This document shows, in pieces, positions 36,798-47,200 of a stretch of DNA of 54,453 nt (position 1 is the first letter of the stretch; every line of letters starts with the position of its first letter). Under the pieces are notes generated by a model. The model was not told the DNA's origin and did no database searches. It was given only the letters and a program-made list of their open reading frames with translations. The stretch is from contig JBNGCP010000016.1 of the NCBI GenBank assembly GCA_049974845.1, positions 1 to 54,453 of the forward strand, in the 5' to 3' direction. Position numbers and translations under genes: made by a program. The DNA comes from Anaerolineae bacterium (GTDB taxonomy: Bacteria; Chloroflexota; Anaerolineae; B4-G1; SLSP01).

Positions 36798-38327
36798 ATG
36801 GCGAGCATGGATCCGAATAGGCCCAACATTGTCTTTGTGCTGACGGATGACCAGGGCCATTGGGCCATGGGATGCGCCGGAAATGATGAGGTGCAAACCC
36901 CCAACCTCGACCGTATTGCCAGAGTGGGCATACGCTTTGAGCATTTCTTCTGTGCCTCTCCGGTCTGCTCCCCGGCGAGGGCCTCGATCCTGACCGGACG
37001 GATTCCGTCGCAGCACGGCGTTCACGACTGGATCCGCAAGGGGAACCTTCTGGATGGCAGGGTACCGGGCGCCGGTTGGGACGACGACCGGGAGATCGAA
37101 TACCTCCGGGGCATGACCGCCTACACCGAGATACTGGCGGCGAACGGTTATCGGTGCGGAATCAGCGGCAAGTGGCACCTCGGCGACAGCCTCAATCCTC
37201 AGAAAGGATTCTCCTACTGGCACATCTTCCCCTACGGCGGCGGCAGCTACTATGGCAGCCCCATCATCCGCGAAGGGAAGATCGATCGGGACCCCCGCTA
37301 TCTCACCGACGTCATCACCGAGGGTGGCCTGAGGTTTTTGGACGCCCAAACCGACGGCGACGCCCCCTTCTATCTGAGTGTTCACTACACGGCGCCCCAC
37401 TCACCGTGGCACGCGGGAGAGCATCCCCAGGAGCTCGTGGATCTCTACGCGGGTTGCGCCTTTGACACCTGCCCGGAGGTCCCGGGCGGGCATCCGTGGC
37501 AGATCAACAGCGCGCCGCGGGGCAGCGGTGAGCGGCGGCGAGAGCTGCTGAGCGGCTACTACGCCGCGATCTCAGGTGCGGATCGAGGGGTCGGTCAGAT
37601 CCTAACCAAGCTGGAGAAGATGGGTGCATTGGAGAACACGCTGATCGTCTTTACTGGCGATAACGGGATGAATATGGGGCATCACGGAATCTGGGGCAAG
37701 GGCAACGGCACGTTCCCACAGAACATGTACGATACCTCGGTCAAGGTCCCGATGTTGATCGCACGGCCCGGGCATGTGCCGCATGCGGTCGAGACGCAGC
37801 ACCTGCTGAGCCATTACGACCTGATGCCGACGCTTCTGGACTACCTTGGACTGGATAACCCGGTTGCGGACGACCTTCCCGGCCGGAGCTTCGCGCCGCT
37901 CTTGCGTGGGGATCCACTTCCCGAGCGTGAGCATATCGTTGTTTTCGATGAGTACGGGCCGGTTCGGATGATCCGCACGAAGGCGTGGAAGTACGTCCAG
38001 CGGTATCCCTACGGGCCCGATGAGCTCTACGATCTCGTCAACGATCCGAATGAGGAGCACAATCTGGCCGGCGATCCAGACCAAGCGGTTCGCAGGCGGA
38101 CGTTGGAGGCTGAGCTGGAAGCCTGGTTCGTACGCTATGCGGACCCGAGGCTGGATGGAACCCGGGAACCGGTGACAGGCAAAGGGCAGGTCGACCTGGC
38201 CGGCGTCGCCGGTGAGGGTCGCCGTGCCTTTGAGGACGACTGGTGGTACATCGACGAGGATGGCGTCCGACGGGATGATAAGGTCTGGTTCATTGGCAAG
38301 ATCATCGAGAAGAGAGAAAGGAGTTGA
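36798..38327 (+). CDS. sulfatase (Cys-type, formylglycine-dependent)
   Basis: PNIVFVLTDDQ, CSPARASILTG, GKWHLG, APH, GDNG. Confidence 0.95.
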   Translation: MASMDPNRPNIVFVLTDDQGHWAMGCAGNDEVQTPNLDRIARVGIRFEHFFCASPVCSPARASILTGRIPSQHGVHDWIRKGNLLDGRVPGAGWDDDREIEYLRGMTAYTEILAANGYRCGISGKWHLGDSLNPQKGFSYWHIFPYGGGSYYGSPIIREGKIDRDPRYLTDVITEGGLRFLDAQTDGDAPFYLSVHYTAPHSPWHAGEHPQELVDLYAGCAFDTCPEVPGGHPWQINSAPRGSGERRRELLSGYYAAISGADRGVGQILTKLEKMGALENTLIVFTGDNGMNMGHHGIWGKGNGTFPQNMYDTSVKVPMLIARPGHVPHAVETQHLLSHYDLMPTLLDYLGLDNPVADDLPGRSFAPLLRGDPLPEREHIVVFDEYGPVRMIRTKAWKYVQRYPYGPDELYDLVNDPNEEHNLAGDPDQAVRRRTLEAELEAWFVRYADPRLDGTREPVTGKGQVDLAGVAGEGRRAFEDDWWYIDEDGVRRDDKVWFIGKIIEKRERS

Positions 38328-38336
38328 GAATTACCT

Positions 38337-40394
38337 ATGGCACCGAAGAGACACTCGTATAAGCGACCGGCTTCGCTGGAGCGCTTCTACTACGGAGCGA
38401 CCTACTACCCCGAGCACTGGGCGGATGCTGAGCGCGAGGAAGATCCAGCTCGGATGGCGGAGGCGGGCTTCAACTGCGTCCGTATGGCGGAGTTTGCATG
38501 GGACCGCATGGAGCCGGAGGAGGGCGTCTATGACTTCTCCCTCTTCGACGAAACGATCCGGCGCCTCGGCGCCCAGGGGATTGACACCATCTTGGGCACG
38601 CCGACGGCGACGCCGCCGCGCTGGCTGACGCTGGCGCATCCCGAGATGCTACGGGTCGACGCCGACGGCGTCCCTATGCAGCACGGATCGCGACAGCACG
38701 TCTGCCCGAGCAGCGCAGTCTTTCGAGAGCATTCCCGGAAGATCACTCGTGCGATGGCTGAGCACTTTGCCGACAATGAGCACGTGATCGGCTGGCAGAC
38801 CGACAACGAACTGAACTGCCACTTCTCGGAGTGCCATTGCGCCAACTGTCAGGCCGAGTTCCAGGCCTATCTACGAAGCACCTACGGCGACGATATCGCG
38901 GCGTTGAACACGGCGTGGGGCAATAGCTTTTGGTCGCTCACCTACCGCGGGTTCGACGAGATTCCCACGCCCAAGAACAGTAAGCCTGCCTATGCCAATC
39001 CGGCACATCTGCTCGACTACTATCGCTTCATCTCCTGGAACGTGACGCGCTTCCAGCATGAGCAGGTTGAGATCCTGCGCGAGGTGCAGCCCCGCTGGTT
39101 CGTCATGCACAATGGCACCTTCGCGCACATCGACTACCGGGGGCGTTTCGGCGAGGACCTGGATTTCTTGGGCTACGACATCTACCCCTTCTTCGATCCC
39201 GATCCCGAGCGTCGCCCATTCACCCAGGCCTTCAATCTGGACCACACCAGAGCTTGGACGGGCAACTTCATGATCCCTGAACAGCAGTCCGGGCCAGGCG
39301 GGCAAGGGGGCTACTTCCACGACACCCCGGAACCCGGCGAGATGCGGCGCATGGCCTATACGTCGATCGCGCGCGGCGCCGACAGCCTGTTGTTCTTTCG
39401 GTGGCGCACGTGCCGTTTCGGCGCCGAGGAGTACTGGTGCGGTATCCTGGATCATGACAACATCCCGCGAGAGCGCTATAAGGAAGTTCAGCAGCTGGGG
39501 CAGGAGCTCAAGACCATTGGCCCTGAGGTTCTCGGCACGTCAGTGCACGTCGATGTTGGGATCGCCGCGGCAGATATGGACGTATATGACGCCCACGAGA
39601 GCCTCTCCCTCGGCCTGCCCTCTCCCAAGGACATTGCGCGGGAGATCCATGCCACGTTGATGAAGAATGGCTACGCGGTTGGATGCGTACATCCCTCCGA
39701 CGATCTGAGCGGTCTCAAGGTCTACATCATCCCGCACTGGGCGCTGTTCAAGCCGGAGTGGGTGCCGAATCTGGAGGCTTTCGTCGAGAACGGTGGGCTT
39801 CTGGTCATCGGCGCTCGAACGGGGACCAAGGATTGGCGGAATAACGTCGTGTCCGATACGCCGCCTGGCGTCCTGTTCCCACTCGCTCGCGTCCGGGTCA
39901 GGAGCTACGGCCACCAGAATGCCCCTGAGAAGCGGCCCATCGGCGTGCGGTTCTACCCGACGGGTGGACGGGCGCAGTCACAGCATTGGTGGGAGTTCCT
40001 CAACCCTCTGCCCGGGACGCGAACCATTGCGAGATGGGACGGTCGACATCTCTCGCTCAAAGGAGCTGTGGTCGCCCGGAAGGTTGGGGAGGGGAACGTG
40101 ATCTACGTCGGCACCTATCTCACGGCGCCGCTCGTGGAAGCGATGCTGCCGGCCCTGCAGGAGCGCTGCGAGGGGCTGACCCCTCTGTGGGAGGATGCCC
40201 CGGAGGGTGTCCACGCTGTGCTGCGAGAGGGCCCTGGGAAGCGTCTCTGGTTCTTCATCAACGACAGCGACCAAGCCGCGATCCTTCCCCGCCCTCCGGC
40301 GGGACGGGAGTTGATCAGCGGTAAGGAGAATCAGTCTCGTATATTCCTCAGCAGGAATGAGGTCGCGGTGATCAAAGAGATCCTGACCGATTGA
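38337..40394 (+). CDS. beta-galactosidase, glycoside hydrolase family 42
   Basis: YYPEHW, RMAEFAW, GTPTATPPRW, WQTDNE, FFRWR, GAEEYW-G. Confidence 0.93.
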   Translation: MAPKRHSYKRPASLERFYYGATYYPEHWADAEREEDPARMAEAGFNCVRMAEFAWDRMEPEEGVYDFSLFDETIRRLGAQGIDTILGTPTATPPRWLTLAHPEMLRVDADGVPMQHGSRQHVCPSSAVFREHSRKITRAMAEHFADNEHVIGWQTDNELNCHFSECHCANCQAEFQAYLRSTYGDDIAALNTAWGNSFWSLTYRGFDEIPTPKNSKPAYANPAHLLDYYRFISWNVTRFQHEQVEILREVQPRWFVMHNGTFAHIDYRGRFGEDLDFLGYDIYPFFDPDPERRPFTQAFNLDHTRAWTGNFMIPEQQSGPGGQGGYFHDTPEPGEMRRMAYTSIARGADSLLFFRWRTCRFGAEEYWCGILDHDNIPRERYKEVQQLGQELKTIGPEVLGTSVHVDVGIAAADMDVYDAHESLSLGLPSPKDIAREIHATLMKNGYAVGCVHPSDDLSGLKVYIIPHWALFKPEWVPNLEAFVENGGLLVIGARTGTKDWRNNVVSDTPPGVLFPLARVRVRSYGHQNAPEKRPIGVRFYPTGGRAQSQHWWEFLNPLPGTRTIARWDGRHLSLKGAVVARKVGEGNVIYVGTYLTAPLVEAMLPALQERCEGLTPLWEDAPEGVHAVLREGPGKRLWFFINDSDQAAILPRPPAGRELISGKENQSRIFLSRNEVAVIKEILTD

Positions 40395-40415
40395 CCTATG
40401 AGGTCCGGTCTGACG

Positions 40416-40449
40416 CAGAGCCCCTCGCTCGTTAGCAAGGGGCTCTGCG
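40416..40449 (+). terminator. terminator hairpin
   Basis: gcagagcccct / aggggctctgc after the GH42 stop codon. Confidence 0.7.
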
Positions 40450-40532
40450 ATTTAGGGTCTGCGTGACAAGAGACGCGTCATCGCAAACCTGACGATTGCC
40501 TAACGACTTAGTTAGAATGTTTGATCTGGTCG

Positions 40533-40561
40533 TTGACAAAACGCGCCTTCGATGTTATTAT
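40533..40561 (+). promoter_or_regulatory. sigma70 promoter of nrdD
   Basis: TTGACA-N17-TATTAT with an extended -10 TG. Confidence 0.8.
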
Positions 40562-40605
40562 GATGGCAGGCCAATGATGATTTGATTGCATCGGCCTTTT
40601 TTTGC

Positions 40606-40652
40606 CCCCCACATCTTGTGTCTTGGATGCGTCGAGAAACGAGATGGGGGTC
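40606..40652 (+). promoter_or_regulatory. tandem NrdR boxes
   Basis: cccccacatcttgtgt (40606-40621) and aaacgagatgggggtc (40637-40652), 31 bp apart, resembling acaCwAtATaTwGtgt upstream of an RNR. Confidence 0.75.
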
Positions 40653-40972
40653 ATACACGATAAATAAGCGATGCCGAGTCATTTTGCATTGCTTATTTCC
40701 TTCTGGCGGGCCTGGTTAAGAGCACCTCGCGAGCGAAGTCATCTCGGGCTGGGGACACAGCATGAGGCTCCGGTCGGGGATCCCAGGATGTGGCAGCGGC
40801 AGTCGTGGTATTCTGCTGTGAGTACGGTTCGCCCTCCGTTTCGGTCGCCGTCTTCAGAGACCTACGCTTCTGGGGCGTCTTGTTTTGTTTGCACTTCGAT
40901 GACCGCCTATAGCTGTTGACAATTGGAGCCGCAGGTTTGGCGCGGTGCAACGTGGAAAGGAGTGATCCTGGC

Positions 40973-43000
40973 ATGGCGGTTGAGCAGGTCATCAAGCGAG
41001 ACGGCGCGGTTGAGCCATTCGATCGCAAGCGCATCGAGGATGCAATTTACGCGGCGGCGCGAGCCACCGGCAATGGGGTGGGGCGGACTTGGGCGGAGAC
41101 GCTGTCGTGGGCGGTGACGGCGTTGCTCGATGAGCGGGTGAACAGGGCCGGCGAGATTCCGCACGTCGAGGAGATTCAGGACATCGTGGAGGAGGTGCTG
41201 GTCAAGTCCGGCAATCCCAAAGTTGCCAAAGCGTACATCCTCTATCGTCAGCAGCGCGCGCAGGCACGCGAGACCCAACGTATGCTGCTCGACTCGGAGA
41301 AGCTGGTCGACGATTACCTCCAACGCGCCGATTGGCGGGTCAATGAGAACAGCAACATGAATTACTCATTGCAGGGCTTGAACTTCTACCTGGCCTCCTC
41401 GATCGGAGCTCGTTATTGGCTTCATCGAGTCTACCCACGTGAAGTTCAGGACGCGCACATCAACGCGGATGTGCACGTCCACGATTTGGGCATGCTATCG
41501 GTCTATTGTTGTGGGTGGGACCTGCAGGATCTGCTGGAGCAGGGCTTTGGCGGTGTCCCGGCGAAGGTCGAGAGCAAGCCGCCGCGCCATCTGAGAACTG
41601 CGCTGGGGCAGCTCGTCAACTTCTTCTACACGCTTCAGGGGGAATCCGCAGGCGCCGTGGCGGTCTCCAACTTCGACACGTTGTTGGCACCGTTTATCCA
41701 CTACGATCGGCTCGATTACGCTCAGGTGAAGCAGGCCGTGCAGGAGTTCGTGTTCAACATCAATGTGCCCACACGGGTGGGCTTTCAGACGCCGTTTACG
41801 AACGTGACACTGGACCTCACGCCACCAGCGACGCTCGCCGACGAACCGGTGATCATCGGCGGCGAGCAGAGGGACGCCGTCTACGGTGACTTTCAGGCGG
41901 AGATGGATCTCATCAACCGTGCCTTTGCCGAGATCATGCTGGAGGGTGATGCACGGGGAAGGGTCTTCACCTTCCCCATCCCCACCTACAACATCACGCC
42001 AGACTTCGACTGGGAAAAGGCAGAGCTGGCCCCGATTTGGGCCATGACGGCGCGCTATGGCATTCCCTACTTCGCCAATTTCGTCAACAGCGACATGAGC
42101 CCTGAGGATGCCCGCAGCATGTGCTGCCGCCTGCGTCTCGACAACCGGGAACTGCGAAAGCGGGCCGGCGGGCTCTTCGCAGCGGCGCCGCTGACCGGGT
42201 CTGTGGGCGTTGTGACGATGAACCTGGCCCGGCTTGGTTATGTTGCGCGGAACGAGCGTGACTTTCGCGAGCAGCTAGAGCGGTTGATGGAGACGGCGAA
42301 GACGAGCCTGGAAATCAAGCGGAAGATGCTCGAGTCGCTGACACTGCGAGGCCTGTATCCTTACAGCCAGCACTACCTCCGGAACATCCATGCAGCGACC
42401 GGCGGGTATTGGTCCAATCACTTCTCAACGATCGGTCTCAACGGCATGAACGAAGCTTGCCTGAACTTCCTGGGGGTCAGCATTGGTCATCCCGACGGTC
42501 AGGCATTTGCCCTGCGCACGCTGCGGTTCATGCGGGAGGTCTTGCAGCGCTTTCAGGGCGAGACCGGGAATCTCTATAACCTGGAGGCTACGCCGGCCGA
42601 GGGCGCTACGTTCAGATTGGCAAGGTCGGATAAGGAGCGGTATCCTGACATCGTGACCGCAGGCACTGACGCCGCGCCCTATTATACCAACTCGACACAC
42701 CTGCCCGTGAACTACAGCGATGATTTGTTCGAGGTGCTCGACCTTCAGGACGAGCTCCAGACTCTGTACACCGGCGGGACGGTGCTTCATATCTTCCTAG
42801 GCGAGCAGATCGACGACTGGCGCCAGGCGCGGAGGCTAGTGCGCACCGTGGCAGAGAACTACCGCCTGCCCTACTACACGCTCACGCCGACGTTCAGCAT
42901 CTGCCCGGTGCACGGCTATATTGCCGGGGAGCACGAGTATTGTCCGTATGAGCATACCGCGGAGGAGCTGGCGCGGTTTGGCCGCGAGGTGCCGGTCTAG
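40973..43000 (+). CDS. nrdD: anaerobic (class III) ribonucleoside-triphosphate reductase, ATP-cone, lacking the glycyl-radical C-terminus
   Basis: ATP cone VIKRDG; ENSN, HVHDL, YCCGW, FTFPIPT, RSMCCRL, EATPAEG, YTGGT, SICPVHGY; stops before the RxxGY motif. Confidence 0.93.
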   Translation: MAVEQVIKRDGAVEPFDRKRIEDAIYAAARATGNGVGRTWAETLSWAVTALLDERVNRAGEIPHVEEIQDIVEEVLVKSGNPKVAKAYILYRQQRAQARETQRMLLDSEKLVDDYLQRADWRVNENSNMNYSLQGLNFYLASSIGARYWLHRVYPREVQDAHINADVHVHDLGMLSVYCCGWDLQDLLEQGFGGVPAKVESKPPRHLRTALGQLVNFFYTLQGESAGAVAVSNFDTLLAPFIHYDRLDYAQVKQAVQEFVFNINVPTRVGFQTPFTNVTLDLTPPATLADEPVIIGGEQRDAVYGDFQAEMDLINRAFAEIMLEGDARGRVFTFPIPTYNITPDFDWEKAELAPIWAMTARYGIPYFANFVNSDMSPEDARSMCCRLRLDNRELRKRAGGLFAAAPLTGSVGVVTMNLARLGYVARNERDFREQLERLMETAKTSLEIKRKMLESLTLRGLYPYSQHYLRNIHAATGGYWSNHFSTIGLNGMNEACLNFLGVSIGHPDGQAFALRTLRFMREVLQRFQGETGNLYNLEATPAEGATFRLARSDKERYPDIVTAGTDAAPYYTNSTHLPVNYSDDLFEVLDLQDELQTLYTGGTVLHIFLGEQIDDWRQARRLVRTVAENYRLPYYTLTPTFSICPVHGYIAGEHEYCPYEHTAEELARFGREVPV

Positions 43001-43040
43001 CGCGGGCGCTCAGATAGTCCATACGAAGGAGATCAGGATC

Positions 43041-43223
43041 ATGGTTGAGACAACAAAAGGATCGAAGCAGGAAATCAAGACTGAGGTGAAGGTGCCGTGC
43101 GAGGTCTACTCGCGCATCGTCGGATACCTTCGGCCCGTGCAAGCTTGGAACAAGGGCAAACGCCAGGAGTTCCTAGAACGGAAGACCTTCGATCCCTCGG
43201 TGACGGAGGAGTCCGAAGCCTAG
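43041..43223 (+). CDS. stand-alone NrdD glycyl-radical domain (60 aa)
   Basis: AAGGAG RBS, ATG; CEVYSRIVGYLRPVQAWNKGKRQEF. Confidence 0.88.
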   Translation: MVETTKGSKQEIKTEVKVPCEVYSRIVGYLRPVQAWNKGKRQEFLERKTFDPSVTEESEA

Positions 43224-43276
43224 GGGCGGACCGCCTGTGGCAGATGGGCTTGGCGGGTTGACATAGAAGAGACGGC

Positions 43277-43311
43277 GAGCCAGCGCGGTGCCGCCAGGCC
43301 CGCGCTGGTTT
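43277..43311 (+). terminator. hairpin between the Gly-radical ORF and nrdG
   Basis: ccagcgcgg / ccgcgctgg followed by TTT. Confidence 0.5.
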
Positions 43312-43340
43312 GCGTCTCTGTATAAAGGGGAATTGAACCT

Positions 43341-44060
43341 GTGGATATAGATCTGAGAGGGTGGGCAAGGACATCGCTGATTGATTTCCCAGGCCACATT
43401 GCCACCGTCCTGTTTACGGCAGGCTGCAACTTCAGGTGTCCGATGTGCCATAATGCCGATTTGGTGCTGCGACCGCGGTCATTGCCGCCGGTCGCCGTCT
43501 CAGAGGTGATCGACTTTCTGCAGCAGCGAGCGGGCAAGATCACGGGGGTGGTGCTCACAGGGGGGGAACCTACGCTGCAGCCGGGCTTGGGTTCGCTGTT
43601 GACGGCTGTGCGAGATCTCGGCTATGCCGTCAAGCTTGACACCAATGGCTACCAGCCTGAGGTACTGACGGAGCTCCTTGATGCGGGTCTCCTGGACTAC
43701 GTCGCGATGGACGTCAAGGCGCCTCTACCGAAGTATCCGCTGCTCGCCGGGATTCCCGATCTAAAGGCTGAGAGGATCGAGCGATCTGTGGCAGAGCTCT
43801 GCCGCCGGCGCGTCCCCTGTGAGCTGCGGACGACGGTGGTGCCCGAACTTCTGGAGCCAGATGACATCGAGGCCATCGCCAGATGGATCGCTGACCGGGA
43901 GCCACAAGACAAGCTTTCCTATGTTCTGCAGCAGTTCCGCAGCCAGGGCACGCTCGACCCCGAGCTGCGTGACGTATCTCCCTATCCGTCGACGACGTTG
44001 CATAAGATGGCTGACCTGGCACGGCGTTGGGTGCAGCCCGTTGCCGTGCGAGGCGTGTAG
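43341..44060 (+). CDS. nrdG: anaerobic RNR activating enzyme (radical SAM)
   Basis: SLIDFPG, GCNFRCPMCHN, TGGEPT, KLDTNG, AMDVK, RTTVVP. Confidence 0.93.
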   Translation: MDIDLRGWARTSLIDFPGHIATVLFTAGCNFRCPMCHNADLVLRPRSLPPVAVSEVIDFLQQRAGKITGVVLTGGEPTLQPGLGSLLTAVRDLGYAVKLDTNGYQPEVLTELLDAGLLDYVAMDVKAPLPKYPLLAGIPDLKAERIERSVAELCRRRVPCELRTTVVPELLEPDDIEAIARWIADREPQDKLSYVLQQFRSQGTLDPELRDVSPYPSTTLHKMADLARRWVQPVAVRGV

Positions 44061-44150
44061 GCCAGACACTCATTCCTCGCTGTCGTGACCACAGGTAGGC
44101 CCTGAACTTCCTGCGTGCTTGAGGGTACCGCATCCAAACTGCGCGAAGCT

Positions 44151-44178
44151 GGAACTTTGCCGGCTCCGGTGGCGTCTA
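44151..44178 (+). promoter_or_regulatory. putative ECF-sigma promoter of the macroglobulin gene
   Basis: GGAAC-N17-CGTCTA about 110 nt upstream of the start codon. Confidence 0.55.
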
Positions 44179-44287
44179 TGAGATGAGAAACGCCTGCAAT
44201 CCCATTGAAGCATCACCGGTCGCTGCCGTCGTCACCAGTGCGCTGTAAAGCGTACGTCGGCGTGGCAGCAGGAAGGAGAGCGTCCCC

Positions 44288-47200
44288 ATGGCCCGGAAAA
44301 GGTGGCTGGTCTTTGGCATCGGTCTGTTGATCCTCTCTCTTATCGGCAGTGCCATCGCCGTAGCTTTCTACATTGAGCATCTCCCCGAGCGTCTGAGTCA
44401 GCACGAGACGATCGTCCTCGGACAGTCACGCTTGGTTCTGGGCAGCACCGCTGCGCTGCGGGTGCTCGTACGTGACACGCGCGATGGCGCGCCTCTACCG
44501 GGCGCAAGGGTGAAGGTGCTTCTCCGTCCGACGGATGTGGGTCGCTCGGGCGCTGGGCGCGCGGTCTTCGAAGGGACCACGCAGGAGAACGGCACGCTCG
44601 ATGTGAGCTTCACGGTTCCCGATGATGGCGCTGGGGCGCGTGGCGCTGAAGCGCGTGGCGCCGAAGCGCACACACTCGTGGTGGAGACGTCCTCCGCGCT
44701 GGGCTCTGATCGTGTGGAACAGCCGGTCACCGTGGCCCGGGACTACCGGCTGTTGGTGACGTCAGACAAGCCACTCTATCAGCCGGGCCAGGTGATACAT
44801 CTGCGCGCGCTGGCCTTGGGCAGTTTCGATCGGCTTCCGGCCGCGCACCAGGATATCGAGCTCACGGTCGCCGATGGCAAGGGCAACACCGTGTTTCGCA
44901 AGACCGTGACGGCATCGGCTTTCGGCGTGGCCTCCACCGATTTCCAGCTTGCGGACGAAGTCAATGGCGGCAGCTACAAGATCACGGCGAAGCTGGGCGA
45001 CACGGTCTCCGAGAAGACAGTCACCGTCGAGCACTACGTGCTTCCGAAGTTTGACGTTGTGGTTGAGACGGACCGCACTTACTATCGCCCTGGCGAGCGC
45101 GTTGAGGGGACCTTGACTGCGCGTTACTTCTTCGGCAAGGACGTCGCAGGCGGCGCTGTGGCCTTGGAGGGCTATACCTTCGATGTCGAGCGCAACGTCG
45201 CCGTCCAGATCGAGGGCGAGACCGACGACGCAGGGGCCTTCTCCTTCGAGTTCGACCTGCCGGCCTATGTCGCCGGCAGCGAGCTGGAGGAGGGTCGCGC
45301 ACGATTCTACGTTGAGGCGCGGGTCACCGACCAGACCGGCCATACCGAGGTCGGTCAGCTTTCGCTGCCGGTGGCGCAGAGCGCCTTGGTCATCGACGCC
45401 ATTCCGGAGGGGGGCAGGTTGAGGCCGGGCGTCGAGAACATCCTCTACCTCCTCACAAGCTATCCCGACGGCGCCCCTGCGGAGGCCGCGGTGACGGTGA
45501 CCCTCAATGACACCGGCGAGCGGCTGGTTGTGCAGACGGGGCGTTACGGCCTAGCGGAGCTTCCGATCGTGCCTACCTCCTCCTACATGAGCCTCGTCAT
45601 CGAGGCGCAGGATGCCGCGGGCGCCCGCGCACGGCGGGCATTCTCGTTTGAGGGCGAGGGTGGCGACGACGCGGTGCTTCTCCGCCCGGACGGCGCCGTC
45701 TATCGCGTCGGGGACACGATGGTCCTCAGCGTGTTGTCCGCGCAGCGTCAAGGCACCGTCTACGTCGATATCGTGCGGGAGGGACAGACCGTCAGCACCC
45801 GGGCTGTCGACATCGCCGACGGACACGCCGAGATTGCCGTTGATCTCACACCGGATCTGTACGGCACGCTGGCGTTGCACGCCTACAAGATTCGTCGCAA
45901 CGGGCACATCGTGAGGGACACGCGGCTCGTGGTGGTTGACGAGGCCGACGAGCTCGCGGTGAGCTTGAGGGCCGGCGCGGAGACGTATCGCCCTGGCGAG
46001 GACGCCGATCTGCACGTTCGCGTGGGCGATGGGGCGGCCGCGGGCGTCCGGGCCGCGCTGGGTCTGGCGGTCGTCGACGAGTCGCTCTTCGCACTGGCGG
46101 AGCAGGACCCTGGTTTCGCTAAGCTTTACTTTATGTTGGAGCAGGAGTTGCTGACGCCCAAGTATGAGCTGCACGGATTCAGCATCCCTGACCTCGTTCG
46201 CGATCCCTGTCGTGAGGGTGGCGATCCCGAGACCTGTCCTCCACCGTTGCGCGGGGCGCAGACCGGTGCGGGCAAAGCGGCGCTGGCCTCGGCGCTCTCG
46301 GATGCGGATCCTTTCTCCCTGCGCGCGAATTCCCACGAGCAGGCCATGGCGCGAGCACGCACCCGCCAGCATCAGCTCTATGGCGCCTTCGCTGCCACTT
46401 TGGGCGGTATGTTTGCATTGCTGTCGGTTGCCACGATGGCGCTGAGCTTTGTAAGCGTGGTGCGTGATGATCGGTTCTGGCGCAGTCTTGGCCTCGGCGT
46501 CGCCACCTTGGTGGTGATGGGCTTGAGCCTGTTCGGGATCCTGTGGCTGGCCGATGAGGTGTTCTGGCGGCTGGAGGACCTCATCCTGACCATGGTGATG
46601 GCGTCGGTGGGCTGCGCTGGGGTCGTGGGGATCGTGTCGCTAATCGTCTCGGCGATACGTCGCCGAGACGGGCTTCTGGGCATCATGATCGTGCTGTTGA
46701 CGCTTGCTGTGGCGCTCGGCGTGGGCGCGATCTGGGCTGCCGCCAGGGCGGATGTCACGCCGCCTAGCTGGACCCTCTATGGGGCGTTGTTCACCAGCTT
46801 GTTGTTCCCGCTTGCTTACGTGGTGCGAGGCGCCGGTGATATCTGGCAGCGACGCGTGATCACCGGGTTGGCGGCGTTGGCGGTGGGAATCGCCTTGCTC
46901 ACCGCCACGACCACCGTCGTCGCGCTTACGACCATTGGGAGGGCTCAGACGGAGAACGTGGCGTTAGCGGAGCCCGGTATGTGGGCAGCAGATGCTGAGG
47001 CCCCGGCGCTGATGGGTCGTGCCGTGATGCAGGACGCAGCGGTCGCGGTCGAGAAGAGGGTCGAGGTCGAGGAAGCAGGCGCTGCACCGCGCGAGGAGAC
47101 GGCGCAAAGCTCGACCGCGCCCCGGCTGCGTCAGTACTTCCCCGAGACGATGTTGTGGCTTCCCGACGAGGTCACCGATGCCGATGGTGAGCTACGCCTC

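Noticed and set aside
40514-40527. AGAATGTTTGATCT as a LexA box
   Set aside because: Two mismatches to GAAC-N4-GTTC and it lies upstream of the -35; NrdR boxes already explain the regulation.
42990-43045. Programmed frameshift or intron joining nrdD to the Gly-radical ORF
   Set aside because: No slippery site or intron structure in the 40-nt gap, and the small ORF has its own RBS and ATG.
44634-44669. 15-bp coding duplication (ARGAE x2) in the A2M
   Set aside because: An ordinary in-frame loop expansion.
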